In this document: in pieces, positions 12,422 through 24,570 of the stretch
How positions within the stretch are numbered: the first letter of the stretch is position 1
How the letters are laid out: every line of letters starts with the position of its first letter
Origin: Fimbriosthenelais zetlandica
Lineage: Eukaryota
Reading direction: 5' to 3'
Length of the DNA stretch: 64,000 nucleotides
Assembly: GCA_977030845.1 (NCBI GenBank)
Contig: OZ365116.1
Span: 16,244,001 to 16,308,000, forward strand
The notes under the pieces: generated by a model
Databases searched by the model: none
Seen by the model: the letters and a program-made list of their open reading frames with translations, nothing else
Told to the model about the DNA's origin: nothing
Made by a program: the position numbers and the translations under genes

Positions 12422-14052
12422 CTGTAACACAAAATAAATCGTCAATATAGCGATAACAGAATGCCAGCGACAATTCTAAGCAATAAAAGACAAACGTGAA
12501 CATGAATTATTACAATCATAAACCATAAATATTATGAAAATATGGGAGGAACACGTTTAGATTTTCTAATGATCAGCCCCGGTGTAACTATAATAATTTA
12601 TTGTTGGATTATGCTGGGAGAGATAACCAATCAAAGACTGGTGGAATCTGAATCCCCACTGATTCTGAAATTAAGCACTGATAAACGACGCGTGGTCAGG
12701 GTCATCCGTCAAAGATCGGATTACATTTTATCATATTTCATATCATTCAATTTCATATCTTCAACTTTTAAGGATGGGATACCCTTAACAGGTTATCCAT
12801 CCATTCAATTCCCCATTCTTGTATATTTTATTGGGGGATAAGATCAAAACTCCACAGATGAAAATATCGTATATTATATGGAGAGTTGACCATGCAATGA
12901 AGCACTAAATTGAATCAATTCAGGGACAATTTTTGCAAATAAAGTAGAAAAGATTGCATAGCAGGCATTTTAATAGCTTATGTTCATGCTAGACTGGTTG
13001 GTGTGCATTGAAGTGAGATGTACGACAGGAAATGATCTCTCTACTGACTGAAGGAAGTACTGTAATGAGATTTTTCTGTCGAATTTAATTCCACAATATT
13101 CCTAAGCAGGAAATGAAGAGACGGGAATCCATAATGAGCATTCAATAAACTAAGTGGGAGATACTCTTTAAATAGTCAACAAGTGTCTTCATGACATATG
13201 TTCAAACTTCAATGGAGATCATTTTAAAAAGATATCAGTTGCAGAAAAGGAAAGTTGGAATTGCACATAGGTAGATTGCATGGCACATGACATTTTTGAC
13301 TGTTGTTTTCAATCGTAGTTGGCACTGCATTTGGGCTTGGTTTCATGGAGTTATGATTGAAAGGTAAAAAGACACGATCTCAAGCGAGGAAAACGTGAAA
13401 TAATTGAAACGGGCGAGGTTCTATGGCTCGTTTGTTTTGCTTGTTTCTCTTTAAACATTTTGTCCTTCCCTTTCCAAAGGTAACAATATTTCCTTCCTAT
13501 ACATTCTCTTCCAGCAGTTCTGCCTGTCTCTCCCTAACTGTATAGTCCCTGTCTCTGAGTCTCCCTTCTATCTCAGCCTCCTGTCCTCATTCACCCGTCC
13601 ACACCAACCCCCACCTTCACATGTAAGTACCAAGCTGACAGTCAATCAATGCTCCCCAAATTTGGGCTATCAATCATGTTTGGCAACAATGATGGATCCC
13701 TCGTAATAAGAGCCTAATGAACCAGAGGGGAGGGTGTATAGGGGAGGGGGTGCTGAAAGGAAGAGGCCTATAGCTAAAGGAAGTAGGCTTTAATGTAAGA
13801 AAGATTGCTAGAAGAACCTAAAATGTAAGGAGGAACTACACTGATTGGTTCCAGTTCGCAAAAAACTAGTTTAGCCTACATCTTGACAACACTAGAAACT
13901 GCATTTGACCATGCAGATGAAAAATTAGTCGCATAGAAGGCAATTGCAATTCCCCTCTAAGCTCCATTCTTTTCAGACTAGCTCAGTCCTTAGACCAAAG
14001 AAAACCACTGTCAGTCAGAGAAAGGGCAAAGCCCTTCCGAGGTCCTCCCTGA

Positions 14053-14078
14053 AGGTCAAAAGTCATCCCGGATGACCT
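14053..14078. promoter_or_regulatory. Nuclear-receptor element: DR1 plus inverted half-site
   Basis: AGGTCA-A-AAGTCA (14053-14065) followed 7 bp later by TGACCT (14073-14078), in the intron between the two coding exons. Confidence 0.3.
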
Positions 14079-14200
14079 CTCGGCACGGCAACGTCTCCCG
14101 GAAACAAGGAAACGTCTGATTTTTACGCTGAATCGCCAGAATTAAACGTTCATATCTTTTAGATTAAAAGTAGCGAGGGACAGGGTTGAGGTGAGGATAG

Positions 14201-14385
14201 AGGTAAAGTAGGGAAGGGAGGTATAGTAGGGAAGGGAGGTAAAGTAGGGAAGGGAGGTATAGTAGGGAGGGGAGGTATGGTAGGGAAGGGAGCTATAGTA
14301 GGGAAGGGAGGTATAGTAGGGAAGGGAGGTATAGTAGGGAGGGGAGGTATGGTAGGGAAGGGAGCTATAGTAGGGAAGCGAGGTA
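14201..14385. repeat. 18-bp G-rich minisatellite, about 10 copies (AGGTATAGTAGGGAAGGG)
   Basis: Ten consecutive units counted directly; variant pattern of units 4-5-6 recurs in units 8-9-10. Explains the spurious ORFs 14159..14533 and 14277..14483. Confidence 0.95.
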
Positions 14386-16135
14386 CACCGTACAGTGAAG
14401 GGGGAATAAGACGAGGAGGAGATGAGCTGGGATTTAAAAAGAGCGAGGAGGAAGTATTAACACAGAAAAAAGTGAAGCAGTAATAGCGACAGGAAGGAGG
14501 GGGTTTTATGTTTCTATTTCTTAATCCAAGCATTCACATGGAATCGTTTGGCGTGAAATTGATGAAATAACGAATACATAAAACACGAAAAGGATGCCTG
14601 AACTTGAGAATAATGACATGGTATGGAAAACATTATATGCTTTCACTCGTGCTAATACAACCTTAACAATCTCTTTAATCATTATCTGTCTCCATACATT
14701 TTCTTCCTTTTCGATAAAAATATTTAAAAAGCCAAGCTTTTCGCATGCTTATAATATAGCAAATAATTAGCAAGCATTGCTCTCAATAATTTTATAGCCA
14801 GACCTCAAAGTTTGACTAAGCTTAGTACATTCCGATAGCACTCAACCTGCAACAAATCCATAAGAAACCCTAAACAAATTACCTACACTACCCTCTACAT
14901 CTAATTTGAGGTTTGAATACCTTCAATACCGATGTCCTTTCTCCTGATGTCCCCATTCAACCCTTTTTCCTCGCCTCCTCCCAGGAGAGTTCCACTTATA
15001 GCCACTGTTTCCCACCTCGAGATTTCCATCTTTTGTCAATGTCCTCCTACAGTCCACTAAATTTCACGCTTCAGTGGTTTTAGGGTTGATTCCCTTTACT
15101 CTATTCTCTCCCCTCAGCTCTTTTTAATAGCCGTGTATCCTCTGCTCTCCTCTCTCAACACCCTCTCATAGTTATAAGCCCGGGGGACATGAATGTGCCC
15201 AGACCCTCCCTGGTGGAGGATTTTCTAGCAATAAGGGTACTCCCGCCCCTCCACCCCACCCCTTCATCTCTAATCATTCTAACTCAAAACAGCTCCACTG
15301 GGGGCACTCCAATCTCCGGATTAAGGTCTCACAAAGCGGAATTGTCTCCTACCATAATTGGTAGAGGAAGGAGACGTTACACCTCTCATAATTACAGGGA
15401 GTTTAGTTTTTGATGTTATAATTGATACCCTCGTGACTCCACTGATGTTTTAGCTTATTTCAATTTCGGATAAGTCCTGACATGAATAAGAAACTTCTGT
15501 AGGGATTTGTGAGGATTTTTATCCCTCCTTCTACGTTTTTCCCACTAAGCTCATACAAATATAGGCCAATACAGATTTCATCCCATGTTTTCAAACATTT
15601 TTCTTACATCCTCCACTATTTATATACCAACACTCTATACCCCATTGAGACAGCTAATCGCCTGTAGACCATATGTATAGCAAGAAACCTTTATAAAGGT
15701 ATACAAGTCACCAAACATGGTCAGATTGAATGAACTATTTTCTAAGGTCCTCGATGAGTTTATAACATCTATAGTTGGCTTCCTGAGGAGTTCATACAGA
15801 ATGGCTTTTGATTTGTATAGATGCAGGCCACATAATGAAGCTCGCCAGGCGGTGATTTGGGTCTTATAGAGTAGTATATAGTTGCCCTTCTATACTTATC
15901 CCCACTTGGTAAAGGATACTTTCACTTCACTGAAAGCCTTTCACATTTCACAGAGGAGCACAAACATAAAAACTTTCATCTGTTCAGATTACTCTCAGCG
16001 GACGCTAACAGTAACGCTTGAAATCGCAATCTCAAAAAATCGCAATCCTGGTAATAAAATATTTAAGGAATCAATGGAAAAGGAAACAAGACAATTAGGT
16101 AGTAAATTAAGGTTAATGTAAATGAATGAACTTAC

Positions 16136-16223
16136 CTATTTTCATGGTTCTTGGAAGGGACCGACTGGTCTCAAAGCCCAGCATGACTAACATTAGGGTC
16201 AGAAAGATTGCCGCTTCGGACAT
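16136..16223 (-). CDS. GRIK: First coding exon (signal peptide) of a kainate-type ionotropic glutamate receptor subunit
   Basis: Manual translation (missed by the ORF track): ATG at 16223, MSEAAIFLTLMLVMLGFETSRSLPRTMKI+G, ending at a consensus donor ATAG|GTAAG. It has a hydrophobic core and a small-residue S-R-S|LP cleavage site. It splices in phase 1 to 12421, giving LPRTMKIGGLF, the typical start of an iGluR amino-terminal domain. Symbol is family-level only; the paralog cannot be assigned. Confidence 0.9.
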
Positions 16224-16531
16224 GCCTGGTGCCTAGTCTAGACGACCGTCAATGTAAGATCCAACTTAAACCGATGGTCCAAACAAGGCCAGGTGTCGGC
16301 AAGGCCAGGTTGTAGCTTTCTCTCCTTTCTTCTCACCTTCTCCTTCTTTTTTCTTGATTTCTCTTGGATGTTTTTTCTTGAGTATCCCTTCTCTTTTCCT
16401 TCCCCTGGATGAGGTTGAGGGACCTGTGTCCAGGGGGCACTCCGGTCTCACCTAGCTATTGTTTCTCACATTATCGCCTTCCGGAAGTTGCATGCTGTCA
16501 CCTCCGACGGCCCTGGGCAGCTGTGAAAATC
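16224..16531 (-). other. Probable spliced 5'UTR portion of the ATG-containing exon
   Basis: Strong minus-strand acceptor TTTTTCTTATATTCTTCTCGTTTATCCTTTCAG|G with the first exonic base at 16531. The minus strand between there and the ATG is purine-rich and shows no other acceptor-like tract. Confidence 0.55.
16452..16493 (-). other. Upstream ORF (MQLPEGDNVRNNS*) in the putative 5'UTR
   Basis: ATG at 16493, 13 codons plus TAG ending at 16452, immediately followed by GTGAGA. A nested ATG-TGA start-stop lies at 16471-16466. Confidence 0.45.
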
Positions 16532-19500
16532 CTGAAAGGATAAACGAGAAGAATATAAGAAAAAAGTTCTTTGTTGCCAAATTTCTGACCGATACCCATC
16601 CTCGGTTTTTCCCTCAACACCTATCTGTCTCAGACCCCTCCCTTCCCCAGTTGATATCTAATAACCACTCCCCCATTCCACCTTCAAGTTAAACATGTTG
16701 TGACGTCTTAAATCCAGGCAGAATCTCTATACAACTTTTTGTATATTCAATTTCCAATGGAAGCAGTGAATGGGCTGAACGTAGGGGGTCCTTACTCATA
16801 CTCCTGTACATATACATATAGCGGATACATACAGAGATCCACTGTAGGCTGACTCGAAGGGCCTCAGACAGGAATTGATTTTTATATTGAGCTTTTTGTC
16901 TCAATTTCTGTCTTCATTAGACTTTCATATGGGCCACCCTTAAAAATTCGCTAATCACAATGAAATAATCTCCGCATAAAACATGTCTATACATAAAGCA
17001 TATAGATGGGTACATTTTATGTGAGACTCAAGGTAAATTCCTAAATTTCTAAACTTACAACTGCATATATCCCATATAATTCATACAGGAAAGAACATAG
17101 AACACCCAAAATATGACACAAGATCTGCTAACGACAGATTATAGCATAATATCGATGAAAATAACAAATAAATATGAAAGGAATACGCTTTGAATTTACC
17201 TTGATTCTACAAGAGAAAAAATCAGTGCTGAAATCTCTGTGTCCTGGTATTATTTTCCTTACGTGGATTTTTTAAGTTTGTAACCTCACTATATAAATGA
17301 GAATGTTTTTTAGTGTTGAGGGATTTTTGCAAAATCCAAGTTGATAGGTCCTGACTTCTTGGCGCATTGGGACTAAATGAGGATTTCATGAGACTAATCC
17401 AAAGGTATGAGGGGGTGTAGGGGTGGGAGGGGTGTACAGTGGATATACGTTGGCCACAAGGGGGAACTTGGGTCTAATGGGGGTTGGGAGGGGGGCTAGG
17501 GGGGTGAGCGGGGGCGAAAGGGGTTGAATATGTACGTTAAATTTAGTAGAAAGTAAGGGCTAAAGGGGGAGGGGCCACCGATCTCCCCTCTCAGTAAAGG
17601 CCAGTCATGGTTGAGTGAATTATGGTTTACCTATCTTGAGTGACATGTCGGGGGGATTTGCTACATATATATTTATAGGAAAAGTGAGATGATATATTCG
17701 GACAGTACAAAAATTAATGTCGATGTAGATGGAATTCAACCATAAAACCAAAAATTCTTACGATTATTATTCTTTAAGATTTTTGGCCAACGTATTTTAA
17801 GACCCTCTCACTCTTACACATCACTTCTTTTCCCGTTACCTTCCGTCGACCCACATCCCTGTGAAATCTGATAGTATGATATATACGGCTAAATTTTTAT
17901 TACATTTGACTCAATTTTTCTTCTAAATATCATTTTTTTCCCAGAGAAAGTATGTCACTGCAACTGACAAACAGCCAAAAGGACACAAAGACACGTATCT
18001 GTTTTCCCTGCATGTACCTGACATGACTGAAAATGAGACGATTCTTCCTTTAAGTTTACATCTATATGAACTTCAACTTCGATGTTCAATTAATTTTTTT
18101 TCACACATCTGATATCAACATAGTAGAGTGACAATTTGTAGTATTTTCTTTTATGTTATATGATGTAATGTTTAGGTAGGTTATAATGAGATATTGATGG
18201 AGAAGGAAAGATGGAAGAGGAAAGGAGCGAGACAGCATACAACGAGGGCATGAGGAAGGCTATTGGGAGACTTGGGACAGAAATTGGAGGACAATCGGAG
18301 GACAGAGCAAAAAGGTCAGACAAAACACATTATTACAACTTCAAAAACTATTTGTCTATATCATCTTCCAATCAAATAGTCTTATATTTTTATCAATATT
18401 TCCCAGGAAGCAGAGATGATGATACAAGTTACACAATGTGTTTGCCGTCTGTGGGATATATACATATGAATGATATGAACTCCACCCTCCCCCTTCACCA
18501 GTATAATGCCGTGGAAGCCAAGTTTCTGGCCCCAATCAGCAATACTAACAAATATGACCCAGTTACCACGAGTCACTCAGTGCTTCACGAGCCCCTCACC
18601 TCTACCTGCTCCTCCTCAGATATCCTCCCCTTTCATACCTTCCAAATTTTCTTCCCCACACTTTGATAAGCCTCAAAAAGTGCCTATTGTTGACACTGAA
18701 CTGAAGGCACAAGTCAGGCAGTCAGAGCATTTGGAAACATCATTTGGCTAATCATGATACGTAGCTTCAAATGTAGGAGGGTTGGCGAAAAATCATGGAA
18801 TTATATATGCAAAATATATGCAAAACTAAGTTTCGTAAAAGTTTCTCACAGGGGCTTCCCCCACATTGGGGTGATGTACTTTAATAGTGCCCAAAGGTCA
18901 CCAAACCGCTCATTAGCCCGGTAGGTGTCGCCTCTATTCTGCCCCTCAACAAAACCTCGTCCACTAATCATCATAGATCATGGACGTCATTTACCCGCTA
19001 TATGGACACCTCTTATATAAAGCCTAATAACACGTTGTAAGACACTTTCAGGCTGAATGTGGGGGTTGGAAATTGAAGAACATTACACATTTGCGCAACA
19101 CTTATCTTTAACACCCTTCTATAAATTTTATCAAATCTTAACTCGATCTTAACCCCTTAGGACCTCAGTCGATTTAGCCTTTCAGATTTTATATAAAGGG
19201 CTATATATTGTCGTTTGCCACGTGGCAAATGAAGCTCCCTCTCCAACAGCTATATCTAGCTTTAAATTGTTTCTTATAAACTCATAAACCTAGCCTTTCA
19301 ACCTTTCCACGGCAACAACAAAACAGACTTTGGAGGCATTGTCAAGTGGAGTCTATTTCAGACGTAATGTTCTTTCAGACAGGGGCTGGACCTAAGAAAA
19401 TAATCATTAAAGACTATAGAAAATATGGTGATAACTGTCTGTGAAGTGTCGCTGTCATTGGCCAAGGCGGGGAAGGCCCGCTATAGACTTTGTATAGTAG

Positions 19501-22254
19501 GCTACAATAGTCATTGTACTGAATGAAGACCAATTAATTGGTAGAAAATAATTGTTCCCCAGACTGTTTTGTTCATAGACTTAGTTTATTTTTATAATAA
19601 TACCATTTGGGAATGTTAGCCCAATTTAAAATAAATATTTTGAATGTTTTATATAATGCTAAAGAGGATTTCAACCAATTCTGCTGACCACTGTAATAAT
19701 TCACTCAATTCATCCAATTATCTCACATTCTTAACAATGGTGGGAACCGCATCAACACATGTGTACAGAGGTTTACCTTTGGGGATTATTATTTAAACAA
19801 ATTAAAACCATGCTGGTGCCATTATAAGGACAAAAAGAGCAAAAAATGAAAAACAACACCCCGTCCCAACAGGGACAAATGTGGCTAATTTGAAGACACA
19901 ATTTGGTGTGCTTTCTCTTTAACAAAACCAACTTTGTCCTTTAAATGTCCTAATTGTATTCTGAAAGCCCATGCACAAGGAAAAGTGGTCCTTCTTGGCA
20001 AATTATTGAGAACAAAAGGACAGCATGAGGGTGCCTTTGTTCCTGCGGAAGTTTCATTGGTAGCCACTGCGCATGTTCAGAGACAATGGCAAGCTGGGTA
20101 ATGGGGAAGATTAGTACGGGTGTAGGATGATAGGGGGCGTGCTAGTGTCTATTGTGATTGGGGAGAGGGTATGTGTATAGAAGGGTAGATTGTAATGGCT
20201 ATAGATGGAGATGGCCAATGAAATGTTCATGGGTGAGAAATGAAATCAACATGGGAGGGTGATGGAGTGGAATGGGTGGCCCGGGCAAGAGGAATTATCT
20301 GAGAGACAGGGGCAGAAGCAAGAGTGAAAGGAAGAGAATGGAAAGAGAAAGTGACAGGAAGAGGTAGTGGTACAAACTGCGAGCGGGAAAGCGACAAAAC
20401 AAGTGGAGAGTAAAAGAAAGGCGGGATGAGCGAGATAGAGGAGTCGTGGTGAAGAAATGGGAGAAACGTTATGTAAAATTCAAAGACATCAGGTTAAATG
20501 CTGAAACGGCATGATGCCCCCAACAAAGGCTGTGCATTGAAAGCATTCATGAGTGCATCAGAAGTGCAAATTAAATTTGCATAATTACAGGAGGGAATGG
20601 TGGGGCCACAGAAAGGGAGGAAAGGGAGAAGAAGAGAGATGAGAGAGGTGAGAATCTCGTGGGAGAAGACACGGCAGGTGAATATAATGTTGTTAACTTG
20701 ATTGTTAGAAGTGGCTTAATTCAAAGATTACCACAAAGAATCAACAATCACCCGAGAGAGTCTCCATGAGGTGGACAAGAATTATTTAAGTATTGAGCGG
20801 AGATTTAGGTGAATAATAACAAGAGGGATGGCAGAGTCATTCCCCAGGACTGCAAATAGATGTATGTATAGAGAAGAATTGCAAGGGGTTGAGAAGATAC
20901 GGAAGGTGGTCGTGATTTGGTGGTATGTTTTGATAAGGCTGGCTTTTGTTTTTAGGATGTCTACCCCTTATCCCAAGTTATTCAGTGTTTGTGTTCCCCC
21001 CAAAAGGAGTTAATTCTATACAAATATCAACATTCAACCTTCACTTTACCTAGGATCAATGATTTATCCTCAATTACACTTTGCAACAGGTAGTATTCTC
21101 TTCCACAATAACTGTCTTCATTTACTAGTTTTACCTTTAGTTATAACTATCAATTGACAATTCATATTAGACTCGACTGAGATAAAAGGCAAAGAAATCA
21201 TTAGACAAAGGCCTTTAATAATACATCAACCTAAATAGTATTCTCTATGCTGTAAGCACATTGTACATGACAGCTGACAGACCATAACCAGGGCCTCCTG
21301 CTGAGCAATCTTTCCATGCACATCCTGAGCTCTGCTGCCTTTTGTGCAACATATACTTGAAATGCAAATGCAATACACAATGACCTTGCAATCATAGGGA
21401 ACTGGTTCTAAGGTACACGATTCAAACCCAGACCTGACGCCTACTTACTGAATTAATTCTACTTACTCCACCATCTCCCTCTTCCAGTAAGACACAATAT
21501 GACTAATGATCTTTGAGTGTTTCAATTAGGGAAACAGAAAGCATCATTATATGAGCTGGTACATCCATTGAATGTTGCCTTTCCCACCTCCCCCCGTCCC
21601 TCCCTGATTAGTCAATACTCGCTGTGAGACATTTATGCTTCCTCATTACTACTTCAGACCTGATGATGTCTGCTGGTTTGGGCGATAATAGATGAATTGT
21701 CTGCCTTTATTGTTACACCAGCTATTGTTCTCACCCAATGCAAAGCCAGCGAATCATTCACTATGTGCACTGAATGTCCTACTTCCATAGCATTGCAGAA
21801 TTCATGCAGTTTAATCCATCTATAATATATAATCCTTTACATATATTTTTCCAAATGATATATATTTTTCAATACATGTATATCTAATAATCAATATTGT
21901 ATAAATATTATCACTTTCTATAGAGGATATAACAAATTATATACAGCTTTGGTTGTCCAGTGTGAATCGGTCATATGGTAGCTGTGGAAGTGACTACATG
22001 TTTTAGTGTTATGTTGATTAGACTACAGATGGGTGTTAAGAGCATGACAGGCTTTATATTGGTCCCTGAGGACGTGCTTTTTATCTCACCCTGTCTCTAC
22101 CATCATTACCAATCCCATCTCTCTCACAATACAACTGTCATTACTGGTCCTGGCCATGTATTAGTGGCACTCGCCATTTGTTAGGCTAGCGGTGATAAAA
22201 TGATGACATGGGGCTATATGAGGATGAAAAGAATCAACACAATATATTTATACA

Positions 22255-22466
22255 GATAGAGAGAGAGGCAGAGAGAGAGAGAGAGGCAGAGAGAGGGATA
22301 GAGAGAGAGGGGGAAAGAGGGAGGCAGAGAGAGAGGTAGAGAGAGAGAGGCAGAGAGAGAGGTAGAGAGAGAGAGGCAGAGAGAGGGATAGAGAGAGAGA
22401 GGGGGAAAGAGGGAGGCAGAGAAAGGAGAGAGAGAGGCAGAGAGAGAGAGAGAGAAGGGGAAAAAG
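22255..22466. repeat. Compound (GA)n-rich low-complexity repeat
   Basis: GAGAGAGGCA / GAGAGGGATA / GAGAGGTA blocks with an internal duplication. Confidence 0.9.
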
Positions 22467-24486
22467 TAAAATAGAAAGGACACGAGTGAAAGGCAGAGGG
22501 GAGAATGAAAGAGGAGATGGGAGTATTATAGCTCATTTGATAAGAGCACCAGCTCGTTCAGGGGCTTTTGCAGGATGAAAAGGTCGTTGTATTCGGATAA
22601 AAATATCAGTTGCACAGAAGGCAACTGAGAATGGAACACAGCCAGAGCATGGCTATGTGTGTGAGTTTGTGATATGAGCTGTGTAAAATGCTCACTAAGG
22701 AGACCCCCTGTAAACTAAAATCCCATGTATGTGGTGAACATTTTTGGTGCTGGCTCATCGATCTGCTCACACCATGGGCCTGTTTTGTAGATCAGCCGAG
22801 CGCTTGATTTGGTTAAGGTTTCCTTTCTCGGCCAATAACAAACCAAAGGAGCTTGAAATTAGCCGTGGTTGAGGCACACGTCGAGGCCCTCATCGAGCTC
22901 CTGTATGGACTGAGGAGCCTAGCACTGCTCACAAAGTCAGAAAGAAAACCAAGGCCCGACTGTCTCTAAAGCTTTCTTATTTGATAATTATGGCCATGCA
23001 TATATTAGGCAGTAAATAAAGCCGTCGTCCAATGATATTATTTGGTAAAATGCCTGAAAATGTGCGAAATATATCAGTCTTTTCAGCGTGAAAAGTAGAT
23101 ACTTATTTCTACTCAGACAACAGCTTATACCAGCATTAGGTAACACATTGTAAACCTTCTAGCTCCGTGTTGTGCTGCTCATTTATTTCCTTTAGTGGAT
23201 CTAACTTCCAGACTTTTATGGTAGAAATGTGTTTAAAGCCGACTTTAAAGCGGCTTTAGGTTTAAACTTAGATGACCTCACTGGATCCATATCTTAACAC
23301 CAGTGCAACTTTCAGCCACTATGACTGTGGTAATGCCTGGAGTCAGGGGAAATGAAGGGGGCAGAAAGAGCCCCCTGGAGCAGTCTCATGCTCCTCCCTA
23401 CCCGCCAATTTTTCGTTACAAACCCTGAGCCCCGCCTTGTGTCCTTACAATACAAGTTAAGCAACCGGAAATAACCTTTTCCAGCATCTTTTTTTCTCCC
23501 TCCTCCCCTGGAGAGTTCCCCACGGCCCCAGCGTCCCATTCCAGGCCCCATAAATTTCCTTCAAAGCAGAAGAATCAATCCTTTCTCTTTTTACTGATGT
23601 TGTCCAGGGGGCTAAATCTTTGCGGACCGCTTTGCGACTTACAGCAGCAGTTGTAATTCTTGTGAGTTAGGTTTATGGGAGTTAGACAGTTCTTCACCAA
23701 TGGGAGGTGGACTTTGGTATGAGAAAGCCAAACACTCAGACTTAAATTTTTCTCTCTGATTTCCCCAGGGCAGTTCTAATTTTTACCCTGGACCGAGGGG
23801 GAGTCTCTGAGGACTGGCCACTCAGGTCCACTGCCTCAGAACTAAAGCCTGATTGGCTATGTGGGAAATGGAACTAACAAGATTCAGATAATTTAACTTC
23901 CTGTCAACTAAAAAAATATGATGGCCATTTGTAGAATGTGACTCCCATTACATTACTCTATGTCCCACTAAGGTCATACATTACAAACCCAGACCACTTG
24001 GAAGTTTTAACTAATTTCACTTCACCAATCTTGGAAGACCTCCTTTGTAATGTAGAAAGAAATGTCCCAAGTCAGGTGGCAAAGTTAAAGTTTTAATTAA
24101 AAAAATAAATCAACATTTCTATGCCATGATATGTTATGACAAAAAAAGATTCAATAAATAATGGCCAGATCAATCAAACATAATACTTTTATCTAAATAA
24201 AGCCAGTCCAGATTGTATTTACCAAAGGCCAGCACGCCCCATCGATTAAAATAATTACACCAACATAAAAACAAGACGTGGAAGAAATAATTGGCTGGGC
24301 AAAATGTTTGTCGGTGTCTCCTGACGTCATTGTCATGACAATACAATCCATCCTAGTCATTGAGTTTTTATTTTACAGGATAATTGTAACATCACAGGAC
24401 CTTCAGCCTCTCATTAGGGAGGCTGTGTTAGTCTCTGCTCCCTTTATCTGGCGGCCATTTAATTCAGGGTTTGATGGAGGGTAAAC

Positions 24487-24570
24487 AGCTCAGATGATTA
24501 GAGCACCACCATTCAGATAGAGTCCAGGATCAGAAGGTTCATGGTTCAAATCCCGAGCAGACCAAGGCAG
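24487..24570 (+). mobile_element. tRNA-derived SINE-like head or tRNA pseudogene
   Basis: A-box-like AGCTCAGATGATTAGAGC and B-box GGTTCAAATCC (24543-24553) preceded by GAAGGT. No intact acceptor stem recognised. Confidence 0.55.

Noticed and set aside
12231-12503. Full 90-aa ORF from the track as a stand-alone gene
   Set aside because: Only 12266-12421 is exonic. The flanks (MFTFVFYC..., TPLLFRLPSS) are intron read-through beyond canonical splice sites.
14159-14533. Pro-rich and Gly-rich ORFs
   Set aside because: Artefacts of the 18-bp minisatellite.
19149-19165. piggyBac-like end TTAACCCCTT (also near 44241 and 44269)
   Set aside because: No matching inverted partner with a TTAA target duplication found.
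19214-19229. 16-bp perfect palindrome TTTGCCACGTGGCAAA
   Set aside because: About one palindrome this long is expected by chance in 64 kb.
22214-22536. Ser/Leu-rich ORFs
   Set aside because: Artefacts of the GA repeat.
24487-24570. Functional tRNA gene
   Set aside because: No intact acceptor or anticodon stems; better explained as a SINE head or pseudogene.
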